Made by a program: the position numbers and the translations under genes. The notes under the pieces were generated by a model. The model saw only the letters and a list, made by a program, of their open reading frames with translations. It made no database searches and was not told the origin of the DNA. Shown in pieces: positions 1 to 62,513 of a DNA stretch of 64,000 bases; position 1 is the first letter of the stretch, and the number at the start of each line of letters is the position of its first letter. This DNA comes from Lingula anatina (Eukaryota; Animalia; Brachiopoda). The DNA lies in assembly GCA_051362555.1 (NCBI GenBank), contig CM120640.1, positions 35,607,967 through 35,671,966 on the forward strand. Reading direction: 5' to 3'.

Positions 1-3000
1 TTTCTGTCTTTAACCATTCTTTTTAAGGCATCGTTAACTTTGATATAATGTTATTTAATGGACAAGTGAGCAATAGTTGGCTTGAATGATCTTAACCTAA
101 AACTTGTCACAAAGTTTGCGTTCAATTAGAAAAAAATACACGATTTATTATGGGAAATGTACACAGAGAAATGCACTGTAAATCCTCACGCTTTAGGAAT
201 TGGTGACAATTATTAAAATGTCATGATTTCCTAAATTCATAGTAGTGGAAAATGTTGTGGTTTCATATGAACCAAGAAGAGATCTGTTAAAGGCTATGAA
301 TTATTCATATATGTGTGTTTGTCTGTGTGTGTTGATGTAATGTGTGTATATGAATAAGTTATTGTAATGTTGAACTTAGACAAAAGACATTGTTGAACCA
401 AATGAGTAAGTAGACTGTATGTAATCCAGCTTAATGTTCCTCATTATTTAAAAACTGCTCTTATGTGCAGTTGTATGTGTTGGATGCATACGTTTGAAAA
501 TTATTCTGTTTAATAAAAACAATATACAGAAGATCATTTGGGTCTATGTAACATATCTTATGAGTGTTGAAAACTATGCATAGCATTCATAACTTCATTG
601 ACTTAAACTGGAAATAGTCTAGAGACCACCTGATTACTTACTATGGGATTTAAGACATGAGGGTTTGTTGGGAGGGGGGGGGGCATATATGAACTATGTC
701 TGATTTCACTCACAGCAGTACTAAACTTGCCTGCTAAAATATAATTTCAGTATTTTTGAAAATGCTGAGTTGGGATTATTATGCTGTATAAAATTTGATG
801 TCATGTGAACTGATTGATAATTTGATGAAATTAATTTGACAGAAATAGTCATTGACCGAGATTACGTGTGCTCCTCCTCTCTTCAGTGCTAGTGTGACCA
901 CCAGAGAGAGGGTCCATAACTCCTCACATCACCGTCAAAAATTTCCTAATTGACTTGTAAGATTTAACTGCTGGTGAACAATATGATTATCTAACTTCAA
1001 TTTTGTACAAATAATTTATTTCAAAGGTTGGTCAAGATTACATGTACTCCTCCCTATTTGACCACCAGAGTGACCATTAGGTGGCCACCAGGGAGTCACA
1101 CGTGATTTAAACCATTCATTGGTCACTCCCTGGGGGCATTGGAGCAGATAATTGTATTAAGCCTTGGGTATATATTTCTTTCATTGACCAGTAGTGACCA
1201 AAAAGTCTGGCCACACAATCATCAATCCATCATGGTGGTCATTGGTCAGTTGTGTACGGAACACACTGATTTAATCATCCACTAACTTTCAGAAGTTTCA
1301 CTTAATTATCTCATCAACTGGGTTTGATTTTAAAACAACAGTTCAAAGGGCTAGTTAATCAATATATTAGTTAGAGCCATGCTTGTGGCATATCAATATT
1401 ATTATCGAGATTTCATTTGAAAAGTAAGAATGTTTGCTGAAAATAATCTGCTTGAAATTTAAGCTTATTTTCTTCTAAACAAATTTTCAGTGGGGAAAAA
1501 ATAAGAAACAAAAATAAGATGCTCACCACAAAGAAGGAAATGTTTCCAATGAATAGTAGTAATGAGTGCCTAAGTGGTGTGTGTCTGTTAATTAGGCCTT
1601 ACTTCATTGTGTGCCCTGTTAATTAAAAGTAAACACCGACTTTCCTTTCACTTAATCAGTAACAAGACACCCCTGTGGCATGTTGGTTTGAAATTAAATT
1701 AATTTATTAAGTTTGGGTTGATAATTAGTACTAAGGATCGGGCTTTTTGATGCAACAATCCCAGAGTCTATCAGACGCCAAGGGTTGGACTTTCTGGACA
1801 GGCTAATATTTAAGGTCACAGAATTTTAAATAGTAATAACTCTAGCAAAGATTATAGATTCAATGTAAAACTTGATACTCTTTGTTGTAACATTTAAACC
1901 CATTGTAAATTGGGGTTTAGGACAAAAATAAAAATAAATAAATGTAATTGTTATTAGTAAAGCAATACTGAAATTTATCATTATAAAACAATTTCTATGT
2001 GTGGCATTTAACAAATAATGTAATGCTTGCATCCTCATTCCTTTCTTTTTTCTTTTTTTTTAGTAATCATTTTTCACAATATTAGATATTGTGAAAATTT
2101 CACATTAACTTTCCAAAAGTACTTTGATACAGATAAAATTACTCAAATGCCCTCTGTACATGAATAGTATAAAAGTGCTTGCAGAATGTAGGTCAATATG
2201 TTTAGCTTAACTTTCATGTTGTATTACAATCTCATCCCACTCACATGTGAGGAATATAATTGTTATTTTGTGAATGAGATAAATGCAAGCATAGATTCCT
2301 ATTCCAATCATGACTTTTGTCAGTTACTATTCATCTTCCTTATCAGTCTTCATTCATCTCGTTGGAGAAACATGGATGAAATTTAAATGTGGTGTGAATT
2401 CAGCATTTCATGGAAAGCAACAGTGGTATTAAAGATTTTGAAAACAAACTACCTGAAGATAAGAAGAGGAAAATTTCACTACTTTCTCCATGAAGAAAGA
2501 ACACAATATATTAGGGAAATTTTCATAATCAAGCCTGGATTTCTATAATGCGATATTTATCAAAATTTAAGCATTGAAATAGTTAGACTGAAAAAAGGCT
2601 TTACAGGATTTTTTAAACACGTTTTTAACCTCATAATAATCTTTTTAAATATGTTTTATTTAATCCCATAAGCAGGCACCCCAAGAAATTAATACTTAGA
2701 CTTCCACTAGCCCACCAAAGCTCCAAATAATATTTTCTACTTATAGTAAGGAGTAGGGTTGATCACTGGGTTTATTCACTGGTCAGTTTGGGTGTGGTGT
2801 TTGAAGGATACCATCAACAATGTATCACAGTAACATCCGTGTGAGTGGGAGCAGTAAATAAAGATCCCTATCTTCCATTTTGTATTCCCCTTGTGAGTTG
2901 ATGATGCTTTCGCCTGGTGGATCTGTGGGCGATTTCATGTTGGAAATTTATTACATATATCATTTCTATATATCTTTTCATTATTGTTTACATTTTTTAT

Positions 3001-3273
3001 TTATTTATTTCATGTCTAATATTAAAATGCCACGAGTGATTTTTACCGTATTTACTGCAATTAAATGAAAACACTCAAATGATTTTAATTAAAATAAACC
3101 ACAATGTAAAAATGCTGGATTCATATTTTTTCACTTCATTTTTTCATAATTCTTTAAAATACATATTTTTTGAACGTGATTAATAGAAAATATTATAAAG
3201 TGTCAAAAAGTATCGAATTGAATATAAATTAAAAAATAAAACCACCTTTCATTTGCAGTTGAGAAGTCACCAG

Positions 3274-3380
3274 TCATCAGAGGGCGCCAGTCACTCGTTG
3301 ATAAATTATGCATTGGGAGGCGGGGAAACCCTCTTTGCCACGTGACCTCGGGGTCATGCTTTGAAGGTTGCCGCCATCTA
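3274..3380 (+). promoter_or_regulatory. Proximal promoter of the ZNRF3-like gene
   Basis: CpG-rich patch after an AT-rich tract: CTCF-like TCATCAGAGGGCGCCA (3274-3289), GC-box GGGAGGCGGGG (3315-3325), E-box CACGTG (3339-3344), TCF site GCTTTGAAG (3358-3366), GCCGCCATCT Helper/YY1-like (3370-3379). Confidence 0.6.
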
Positions 3381-3481
3381 AACGAGTTGCTTTGTGAGCG
3401 TAGTACAGCACAGTCGGAATCGATCAGTCTCCACTAACGTCTACGGAATATGTCCCGAATACGCAGATACTATGTAGCAAG

Positions 3482-37017
<33,536 letters not shown>

Positions 37018-39436
37018 CCTTTGATGACCTGTAATGACCTCTGACCTCCTCTTGCAGTATTCATGCACATCACACCCTGACACAGAAATATTTATTTTTG
37101 TACATAAGATTTAGTTCCGTATCAGTCAGAAGGAAAAATCAAATCCCAAAAGTGTTTACCAGTACAGTATTATTTATGACTTTACGCAGCAAATCTTTAT
37201 TTCAAAACATAGTTTAGTGTACTTTTTTCTTTTAGAGACATATGCTAGATAAAGCATAAAATCAAATGATGTTTTCTTGGTGCTATCAAGTCACAAAAGA
37301 ATAGGTCAATTAAAAATACTCTATATTAGAGTGTTCCACTAACACATTGGCCAAGTAGCGTCAGTCTGAATATGCAAATTATATTTTGGAACCACATAAA
37401 AAAAGACTTTGAGTTTAACTACTGTTGATTGATATGTATGAAAAATGGCTGTGCACAAATGTTGATTGTACATTTTTTATTATGTGATCCATTTTATGAA
37501 GATAGCAGAAATATCAAGAAAAAACAAAAATGAAATATTGTTAATTAATAATTTGAAGTGTTCAAAAGATGGTGTATTGCTGTGTAGCTTGGATGATGTG
37601 TATTTATAGATCCTTTGGTATCAAATATTAGCGCTTGTTATAACAGTGTCAGTTATAGTTCTGAGAAAATTGTTATACCACACCATCTATATCAGCATTG
37701 TTAAGTCTTACAGTGTAACATATCTGTAGCTTATGTGGCAAAGTTTACCACACTTGCTCTTCCAGATCATTTCTGCCCAAGAATGTAGAACCAAGAATGC
37801 AGTGAACAAAGACTCAGAATCCATGGAAAATGGGCTTGAAAATTTTGCCGCTTTAATATCTGTTAGTTTGTTAGTTCATCAATTTTCATTAATTTTTATG
37901 TATGGTCATGCAGTAACCTCTTAATTTATTAACCTCTACACTTTCTTTCTTAATTTATGATTCTGTATTTGCCAAGATAGATTAAAATGCCACAAATTTC
38001 CCAACCTGTGTAGTTAGAGAATACAGGGTAGTGTAGTGTAAAATATGTCAACTGTTCTGCTGATTGCTGCTCAACTGTTTGTACAAATTATCAGTGTACA
38101 GTTTGATTACTGTTGTTTGTATGTTGTGTATGTTGAATATAGTATCTGTACATAGATTATTTATTTGAATAATTGAAACTAAGATATTTCTTTTCATATG
38201 TAGCAGTGTAGAGGAAGGGAGAATCAAAAACTAACCACAATAATGGCTTTACAGGCAGTATTGTTGTGATTTGTTATACCATTTATGAAAAAAACTCTGG
38301 TGGGTTTAACAGAATTCAACATACTTGTCCTCTTATATCCAGAGTCGACTTTGAAGTGGACTAAAACTTCAATCAGAAATTTAGATATGTCAAGTCTAGA
38401 AAAAGTTATCACTCTCATAACTGATTGAAAGTCTTGGTATTCTGTCATATTAAACTGTGATTGCTTACATAATTGGTCTGACAAGATGCCCTTTAGTCCT
38501 TGTTTGTGATGGTACAAATTACATACTTTACTGTAACTTTCTATGTATTGGAATTTTCTCTTATTTGTGAATTTAAACCTGGCAAAACCTGAGTAGACCA
38601 AGATTAAGAGGTTGTCAGGAAAGTAACTACTTCAGCACGACTTATAAATTTTATTTTGAAAGGGTCAAGTATTTTTTTTTAAACACAGGGATAATCATTT
38701 GGTATCAATTTAGAAAGTTTGGGAACATTTTACGGGTGTATATTTCTGTGATTATTAAGCTTGCATCAGTTCCTTTTCTAGTCTGTTGTAGAGTCTTAGA
38801 GAAATCCATTAGTTTTGTTTGTTAGTTGGAGCTGATCAGACCTCTTTTTTTCTTCTGTTTTTACCCAAATGAACACAATATTAACCTACATATTACAACT
38901 TACAGGGTATATAGCATCTGTGAAAGTAATATGTCATTGTTGCATGTCAAGAAATGACAAACAGGACGCTGAAAATGTTCATCTAATACACATCAAAGTG
39001 GATGTTCACGAAAAGTGAACTCCATTTAAGTCAATACAATTTGGGTAACAGTTTGCAAACATTTACTACCAGTATCAGGAAATGTAACGCACGTTTAAGC
39101 CATGTTACACGGCATGTGCTCACAATATCTGAAGTTGTAAAAAAAAACATTAGGTCAGTGTAGAATTTGCTACTTAAGTCTACAGGAAAAAAAAAACGTG
39201 TGCCACCAGAAGTTTATTCTTGTGAAGGTAGCTGAGAGAAAGTCTGTAAAAACTTAGAGAGTCAAATTAACAAATTGCTTGGAAAAATATTTCTCAGTGT
39301 TTGAGAGATTAGTGATACCATATATACTGCCTGTAACAGTAAAGTGAGCAGTGTGGGGGTTCTAGCTGAGTACTCCCTACCAGTGTTACTACATGTGATG
39401 TTATGATTCAAGATAATCAAATGATATTTATTTTGA

Positions 39437-39442
39437 AATAAA
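39437..39442 (+). terminator. Probable poly(A) signal of the ZNRF3-like gene (alternative AATAAA at 39740-39750)
   Basis: AATAAA followed ~30 nt later by a GU/U-rich tract (GTTCTTTGTTTTTCCTGATTGTG), at the end of a U-rich 3'UTR-like region. Confidence 0.5.
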
Positions 39443-39938
39443 TGAAAATGTAAAATATAGATATTGCAGGTTCTTTGTTTTTCCTGATTGTGCTTGGGAT
39501 ACTTTTTATTAATTGATCAATTTATTATTATTATTATTTGTGTTAAGGTGAAGCAATATTTGTAATAGATAACACTGGTGCGACAAGTTTAAAATATTAA
39601 CATAGACTACAAAAACGAGAAAAAAGAAAACTAAATCTTGTGACAAGAAATCCTTACCTAGCAAACTGACTGTTAGAAATTACTTTGGAAATTACAGGAA
39701 TTCAAGAAATGGTCTAAATAGTATATTTTTTGTATTGTGAATAAAATAAAAAGATATGATATAATATTCAGAGAAAAAGCAACAAAAATTTAGCCTAGTA
39801 GTTGTTGCGCCAATTATTCACCCAAATTTTTTGACATATTTTTTTTTTGTTTGAAATATCCCTAAAATGTTCTCTTCTTGCATTTAATCACTCTTGAAAT
39901 TAATGCAAATGTCAATATTCATTTCAATTTTAAAGAAA

Positions 39939-41343
39939 CCCCATTGTGTTAGAGAAGGCAATTACAAAGTTTTGGCTCAAAATTTTGGATTTTATGGTGA
40001 AACTTTGTAATTGCCTTCTCTACTACAATGAGGCTCATGTAGGAGTTTATTGTTTCACCCATAAGGGCCCCATTGTGGTAGAGAAGGCAATTACAAAGTT
40101 TTGGCTCAAAATTTTGGATTTTATGGTGAAACTTTGTAATTGCCTTCTCTACCACAATGGGGCCCACGTAGGAGTTTTAATTTCACCCTCATGGACCCCA
40201 ATGTAATAGAAAAGGTATTTATAAAGATTTGGATCAAAATTTTGGATTTAATGGTGAAACTTTGTAAGTGCTTCTGCTAAATCAGTGAGGCTCATGTAGG
40301 AGTTTGTTGTTTCACCCATAAGGGCCCCATTGTGGTAGAGAAGGCAATTACAAAGTTTTGGCTCAAAATTTTGGATTTTATGGTGAAACTTTGTAATTGC
40401 CTTCTCTACCACAATGGGGCCCATGTAGGACTTTTGATTTCACCCTCATGGGCCCCAATGTAATAGAAAAGGTATTTATAAACTTTTGGATCAAAATTTT
40501 GGATTTAATGGTGAAACTTTGTAAGTGCTTCTGCTAAATCAGTGAGGCTCATGTAGGAGTTTGTTGTTTCACCCATAAGGGCCCCATTGTGGTAGAGAAG
40601 GCAATTACAAAGTTTTGGCTCAAAATTTTGGATTTTATGGTGAAACTTTGTAATTGCCTTCTCTACCACAATGGGGCCCATGTAGGACTTTTGATTTCAC
40701 CCTCATGGGCCCCAATGTAATAGAAAAGGTATTTATAAACTTTTGGATCAAAATTTTGGATTTTATGGTGAAACTTTGTAATTGCTTCCTCTAAATCAGT
40801 GAGGCTCATGTAGGAGTTTGCTGTTTCACCCATAAGGGCCCCATTGTGGTAGAGAAGGCAATTACAAAGTTTTGGCTCAAAATTTTGGATTTTATGGTGA
40901 AACTTTGTAATTGCCTTCTCTACCACAATGGGGCCCATGTAGGACTTTTGATTTCACCCTCATGGGCCCCAATGTAATAGAAAAGGTATTTATAAACTTT
41001 TGGATCAAAATTTTGGATTTTATGGTGAAACTTTGTAATTGCTTCCTCTAAATCAGTGAGGCTCATGTAGGAGTTTGCTGTTTCACCCATAAGGGTCCCA
41101 TTGTGGTAGAGAAGGCAATTACAAAGTTTTGGCTAAAAATTTTGGATTTTATGGTGAAACTTTGTAATTGCCTTCTCTATCACAATGGGGCTCATGTGGG
41201 TAAATGCAAAACTCCTACGTGGGCCCCATTGTGGTAGAGAAGGCAATTACAAAGTTTTACCATAAAATCCAAAAATTTGAGCCAAAACTTTGTAATTGCC
41301 TTATGCAATATTACATAATCATCTTCTCTACTGCAATGGGGCC
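39939..41343. repeat. Higher-order tandem array of palindromic ~128-bp monomers (257-bp A/B dimer), last monomer inverted
   Basis: A monomers start at 40065, 40322, 40579, 40836, 41093 (exact 257-bp period); each has 37-bp inverted arms around a 27-nt loop; inverted copy at 41209-41343. Confidence 0.95.
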
Positions 41344-41507
41344 CTTTTCTAGGTTAACAGGAATAATAATGTTCAATGTATAAACAACCTTTTCTGGGCA
41401 TTGATATAAACTTTGAAATAATTTATTTTAATTGTTTTAGATGAAAGTAGAAGATAAGGCAATGCAGGAATATAAAAATAACAACACATTTTCACATAAG
41501 TGTCAGT

Positions 41508-41513
41508 TTTATT
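41508..41513 (-). terminator. Probable distal poly(A) signal of CCDC157
   Basis: AATAAA on the minus strand followed by a GU-rich tract (TGTGTTGTTATTTTT); ends a ~3.7-kb minus-strand U-rich 3'UTR-like region. Confidence 0.45.
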
Positions 41514-43033
41514 TCATTTATATTGTAACTTATGATAAGCTACATGGACTTTGAACACTCAAAATGAAATTGCATTCCAGTGAAGAAAAATTAGAGATCA
41601 ATTTGAACATGAGCAAAATACCACTAACTGCAAAGCCTTGATACTTTGCTGTGCATCCCAAAAGCTAAAGATAAAAGTAAATAATGCCCATGTTGTTTAC
41701 CAAATTTAAGTGGCTGTTGGCTGAGGAAAATAATCATTTGCTCGACATTAAATACAAAACAGAAACACACCGTTATAGGTATCACAATAAGGTGCCCTTC
41801 TTTAACTTTCTGGTGTGACTTTACCTTTCTAAACAACAAGCAAAAAATGAGACAATAATTAACTTTGACAAGAAAACTGTATTTGATTTCCATATTTCCT
41901 GACTTTCTTTCATTTACTGAATCACTGGTCCAACAGTGATAAGACAATTTGTGACATCAAACACACATTCGTAGAACTTATTTTAAAAAATAATGAAACA
42001 TAAAAAAGGCTTTTAAAAATGTTGATAAATATTCCCATGACATGAAACAAGCATTGCACTTTTAAACCGCTCCTGGGCATTTTAAGGCTGTGTTCAGACA
42101 GACATAGACCTGAACTGGAAATGAACTACCCATATATTTAAATTTGTGATTTAATAGATCAGATCCACTGGAAACTTGCTATAAACCTTCCTACAGACAT
42201 CATTGACCTAGATACAGATGTATGTCCTTGACTGAATTAAACTTAATCCAAATAACAATAATAAATTATTTCATGGTGTATTTAAAAACAAAAAGTCTCA
42301 GCAGAACCTTTACTAAGTTGCTGCTAACCCAAGTGTCTGTTTTAACACACCAAGGCTGCTTTTTCCTTTTATTTCAAAGTGTACCACAATTTTCAGAGTA
42401 ATAATTTTCAAAGTTATTTCTGTTTTACTTCACATAACACTAAGTAAAATAAGAAATAAATCAGCAGCTGAAGTAAGAGATCCTTATATATCTATATTTT
42501 TGTATTTTGATAAAAAAATCAATAGTTACAATCTTCATCTGAAAGTTTATCCTTGACACCCTTTTAAATAATTACCCTTTTCTTTGAAAAGCAAAAGAAA
42601 TAATCACCCTTTTCTTTGAAAAGCAAAAGGAACACTATATGTGATAATTGACTTAAATGTGTCAGACAAACAGCTAATGCTCAAACTTTCACACAGAATT
42701 ATAAAATTCAAACACCATAAATCTAGCATTTAAAATCTCTCAAATTTCCATAGTACTTCCATCTACTTCCTATTTATAACATGCATGGGAAACATAAGTT
42801 ATCTTAATGTGACAATATGGCAGGCAAAAGTATAAATCATACCAGAGTTTAAGTATGGTGGAGTGGGAAGTGACTCTAAACTGTGTTCAGATTCAAACAT
42901 CGTACCAGCCATATCGTTCCAACAATGCAGGGCGATTCTTGCTAAAGTGCATTCAGTGTAATTAAATCGATTGTCCGACATGCTAGCTAGTTAATCAGTT
43001 AACTACCCCCTAGCAAGTCAAGAAGACATGTTA

Positions 43034-43324
43034 GGGAGCATTCACATCAAGAAGAACTGAGGTCTAGTAAGGCAGTGACCTAAATATGGTGGACCTACAT
43101 GAAAGGAAGACCGCTAATCCTGTTATTCCTCACCATGGGTCGTCCCTGCAGGGGCACAGTAATTAAATCTCAGCTCAATTCAACCGGTCAAGGGACAACG
43201 CATGGTGAGGCGTGTGAGAGGCAGAGAGACCATAAAAAGATTAGCGGTCTTCCTTTCATGCAAGTCCACCATATTTAGGTTGCGGCCTTACTAGACCTCG
43301 GTTCTTCTCAATGTGAATGCTCCC
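43034..43324. mobile_element. Harbinger/PIF-like MITE with ~90-bp TIRs
   Basis: GGGAGCATTCACAT...GGAAGACCGCTAATC and its reverse complement at the right end; flanks TTA/ATA. Confidence 0.85.
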
Positions 43325-45173
43325 ATAGACATTTAAGCCAATTACAGTGATTGCACTTAGGGAGAATTTCTGGCAGAATTGGATTGACCCAGCTAGTACG
43401 ATGGGTTTATCTTAATGCTCCCTTATTCATAACTAAATTTTGTTCTCTGCATTTTGCCACAGCTTTCATTCATTTTCCATTTCTTTCAATTTGGTTTTTG
43501 GTTTAGAAAAAATGTACCAAGATACAACTTACTTCATTTATGAATAATGCAATTAAAAAAATGAATAATAACTCAGCAAACATTTTGCTGTTTCATAACA
43601 CTGTTAACTTAAAATGGAATGAATATATCTTTTTAAAGATAATTAAAATTATCTGGAGAGTATCTTAGGTACAATTCAGTATAAATATACATAAAATTAT
43701 ATCAATTTTCAATTCTGACATAATGCAAAATAAATAATTTTCTGTGGTGCAAATGACAAAAATAAGCATCACAAATATTTTCCTCAAATAGCATTATTTT
43801 AGAATTACATAACAAAATACAAGAAGGAATATGATGAGATGGCTGTATAGTTCTGCAAAGTGTCAAATGTAAATATTTTCCAAACTTTAGAGAACTTTAA
43901 TTTAAAGAATGTTAGCCATCAATGGGTAAATGAAGATTTAAAAAAACTGTTAATGTTGTCTTTATGAGGACTGGAATGATTCATATTTTTACATGTTCTG
44001 AGAAAGCAGAGATGTTTTGAAAAACAAAATAACTTCTGTCTGACTGACTGGTGAAGTCATCTTCCAAGGTTAAAGTGAATGATAACATTTGTCTGTGCCA
44101 ATGTTGTGATTAATTTGTAAATCATCAAAACAAAAAGCACATGCATTTAGAAAACAAAAACAAACCTGCGTGTACACTTACAGTCAATTTTCAAGGTTAA
44201 AGGATTTCTTTTTTTCTTTTCTTTTATCAGACCTAAATGTGCAGGGAAATAAAATGCAAAATACCAAAGCATGTATCTAAATCGATTTTAAACAAAGACT
44301 AATGGTGCCAAAAGCAATAAAAGCCCTCAAATGTCCTCAAAAAACAACCTAATTTGTCATATTATTCAATTGTAAAACCATAACATATTAGGCCGTGTAG
44401 TTTATTTAAAAGCTGTAAATACATAAGTATAAAAATAGGAATAGGACGGAAATTGGTTGACCAAAACCTACAAAAACAGCAAAACAAGTAAAAAAGTTAT
44501 TGAATTACTGGGCAGCACATTTCCTGTTTAATAATAAATGGTATGGACGGATATGTGGCAGGGGACATTATCCTACTAAAATTCTAACTGCAATAACAAA
44601 ATATTTCTTATAATCCAGCTATAATTTCATGATCAAAACTTCTGTTTAAGCTGAATTCTTGTGTATTACTAAGTATTTTCATTTCATTCCTTCTTTCTTT
44701 TTATTACAACTTCTACCTAATCTACACCAAAAATTCTTACAATGCATAATGCTTTTCAACCCTTTTGGTTCAAATTCACAAAATACTTTCTATATCATCC
44801 AGGTTTGCAGCAGTGGGGTCCATGTGTACCCATCATTTCACACATTTAAAATCTCAGAGACTTCAATTCCACTTATGAATACTCAGTCAATTATTAGATG
44901 TCACATAAAGCTTGTCACACTTGGCAATGGTGACAGGTGTCAAAGAAATGTCATGAAATGCCTCAGCTGTCCACAGCAGTAAAGTCTAGCTATGACCACA
45001 GACAGTCAAGGGAATATTCCTGGACCATCAAATAAGTGAAAATCCGATGTTTAACCACCTGTGAGTTCTTATAAAGTGACACACATGTCACAGCAGTGAG
45101 ACTGATGCCAAGGGCAGTCAAGGTGACATAAACCTTGTCACACTTCCCACAAGTCACAGATGTCAGAGACATG

Positions 45174-61179
<16,006 letters not shown>

Positions 61180-62007
61180 TTATAAAATTATCTAAGAATG
61201 GAAGACATAAGAATAATTGTAAGTTTAATATCATCACCATTGTTACGTTTTCATCTATTTAAAATTATGAAAAGAGAAAATTGCTAGAATGTATATATCA
61301 ATTCGTGTACTAAACTTGGTGTCCTTGTAACAGAAACAGTTTAAGGTATGGAATGGTGAAGCCGTCAAATCTTAACCATACACCTCTGAGCCCCTGGGCA
61401 GCAGAGAAAGATTGTATAGTAAAGCACAAAAAGTGGTGCTTTTTCCTATCTAACTGTACTCAGTATACTCTACCCCCCCCCCTCCCCCCTCTCACTAGCC
61501 TAATCTTTCAGGACTTCGGCTCCTAAAATGAGCACATTTACCTTTTGTGAGGCACAACCATCGAATGTTATAGTAAAACTTTAAGTATGTTTTCAGATAC
61601 ATACACACTTAACTGCCAATACATATTGCTAGCATCAATAAACATTAAATGAACCAGTGCACCAGGGGTAATCCTAGAGAGGGGTAAGAAACGTCCATTG
61701 TTCTCGTCAGTGAGGCTAACCGAATTCAGGGTATGTACGCACAGACAGAAAACCATGTATTGTGGGAACGTTACTAATGAAGCCACTGGTAGTACCAGTA
61801 GATATCAGTCTGTAGTCTAGAACAAGCACCTCGTTGACGAGTGAATGGTTGTCAAAAACAAAAGACCCAGGTGTGGTAGATCGACTACTGTTCGCGCGTG
61901 CCGCAAAGACCAAGCCTAATTGCCCCTCAAGGTCACAAACTAATATCCGGTGCTGACGGTTAGGCTCGTCATAATCATATAAGTAGCGCGTTTCCACTCC
62001 CTGAGTG

Positions 62008-62100
62008 CACTTACGCTCACCGCCATGTTGTTTGGAATGTTAGCAACTCTCGTCAAGTACCTCTGTTCACGCGAGATCCAAGGACAAACAGCTGCTCTGT
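62008..62100 (-). promoter_or_regulatory. Probable CCDC157 5' leader exon / promoter
   Basis: CpG-rich patch; minus strand reads CAACATGGCG|GTGAGC|GTAAGT (YY1/Kozak-like ATG followed by two donor consensus sites); matching acceptor ttcttag at 61192. Confidence 0.5.
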
Positions 62101-62460
62101 ATGTCTGCACGGTTCCTGGAAAGGTTTAGCCTAAGATCTAATAAACGGAATATTAGATATGGTATATTAGATCTTATGTTAAGCGTTGACATAACTGGAA
62201 ATAGTCATCACATTTGAAAATAAATTGCGTAGATATAAGACAAAGTCTACAACAAATAAGGGTATCATTTTGATAGTGTCATTTAGAGGAGACTTGAAGA
62301 AGCAATAACAACAATGGCATGATATTTTAGATATTCATCTTACCCAATTTATCATGCAAATGGAAACCTATCACCCAGAGGAAGTCAAGGGGAATCTATA
62401 TGAATACACTGCACAGAACTCAGACACGAAGCCAGTTTTTATCGATTCATTGTTTGGCGT

Positions 62461-62461
62461 T

Positions 62462-62512
<51 letters not shown>
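62461..62512 (+). repeat. (TTTA)n microsatellite
   Basis: Direct reading. Confidence 0.9.

Positions 62513-62513
<1 letters not shown>

Noticed and set aside
1-540. Possible 3'UTR end of an upstream + strand gene (AATAAA at 512)
   Set aside because: No coding exon in the window to anchor it.
845-1260. Degenerate GACCACCAG / TGGTCA direct and inverted repeats
   Set aside because: Probably an old MITE relic, but no termini or TSD could be defined.
39946-40938. ORFs on both strands repeating EKAITKF...KLCNCLLY
   Set aside because: By-products of the palindromic array; no splice or promoter context.
39939-41343. Repeat-spacer pattern as a CRISPR array
   Set aside because: The spacers alternate between two repeated sequences rather than being unique, the units are ~100 bp, the context is eukaryotic and there are no cas genes.
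61716-61997. 93-aa minus-strand ORF near the CCDC157 promoter
   Set aside because: GTG start, no recognisable family, lies in the probable first intron.
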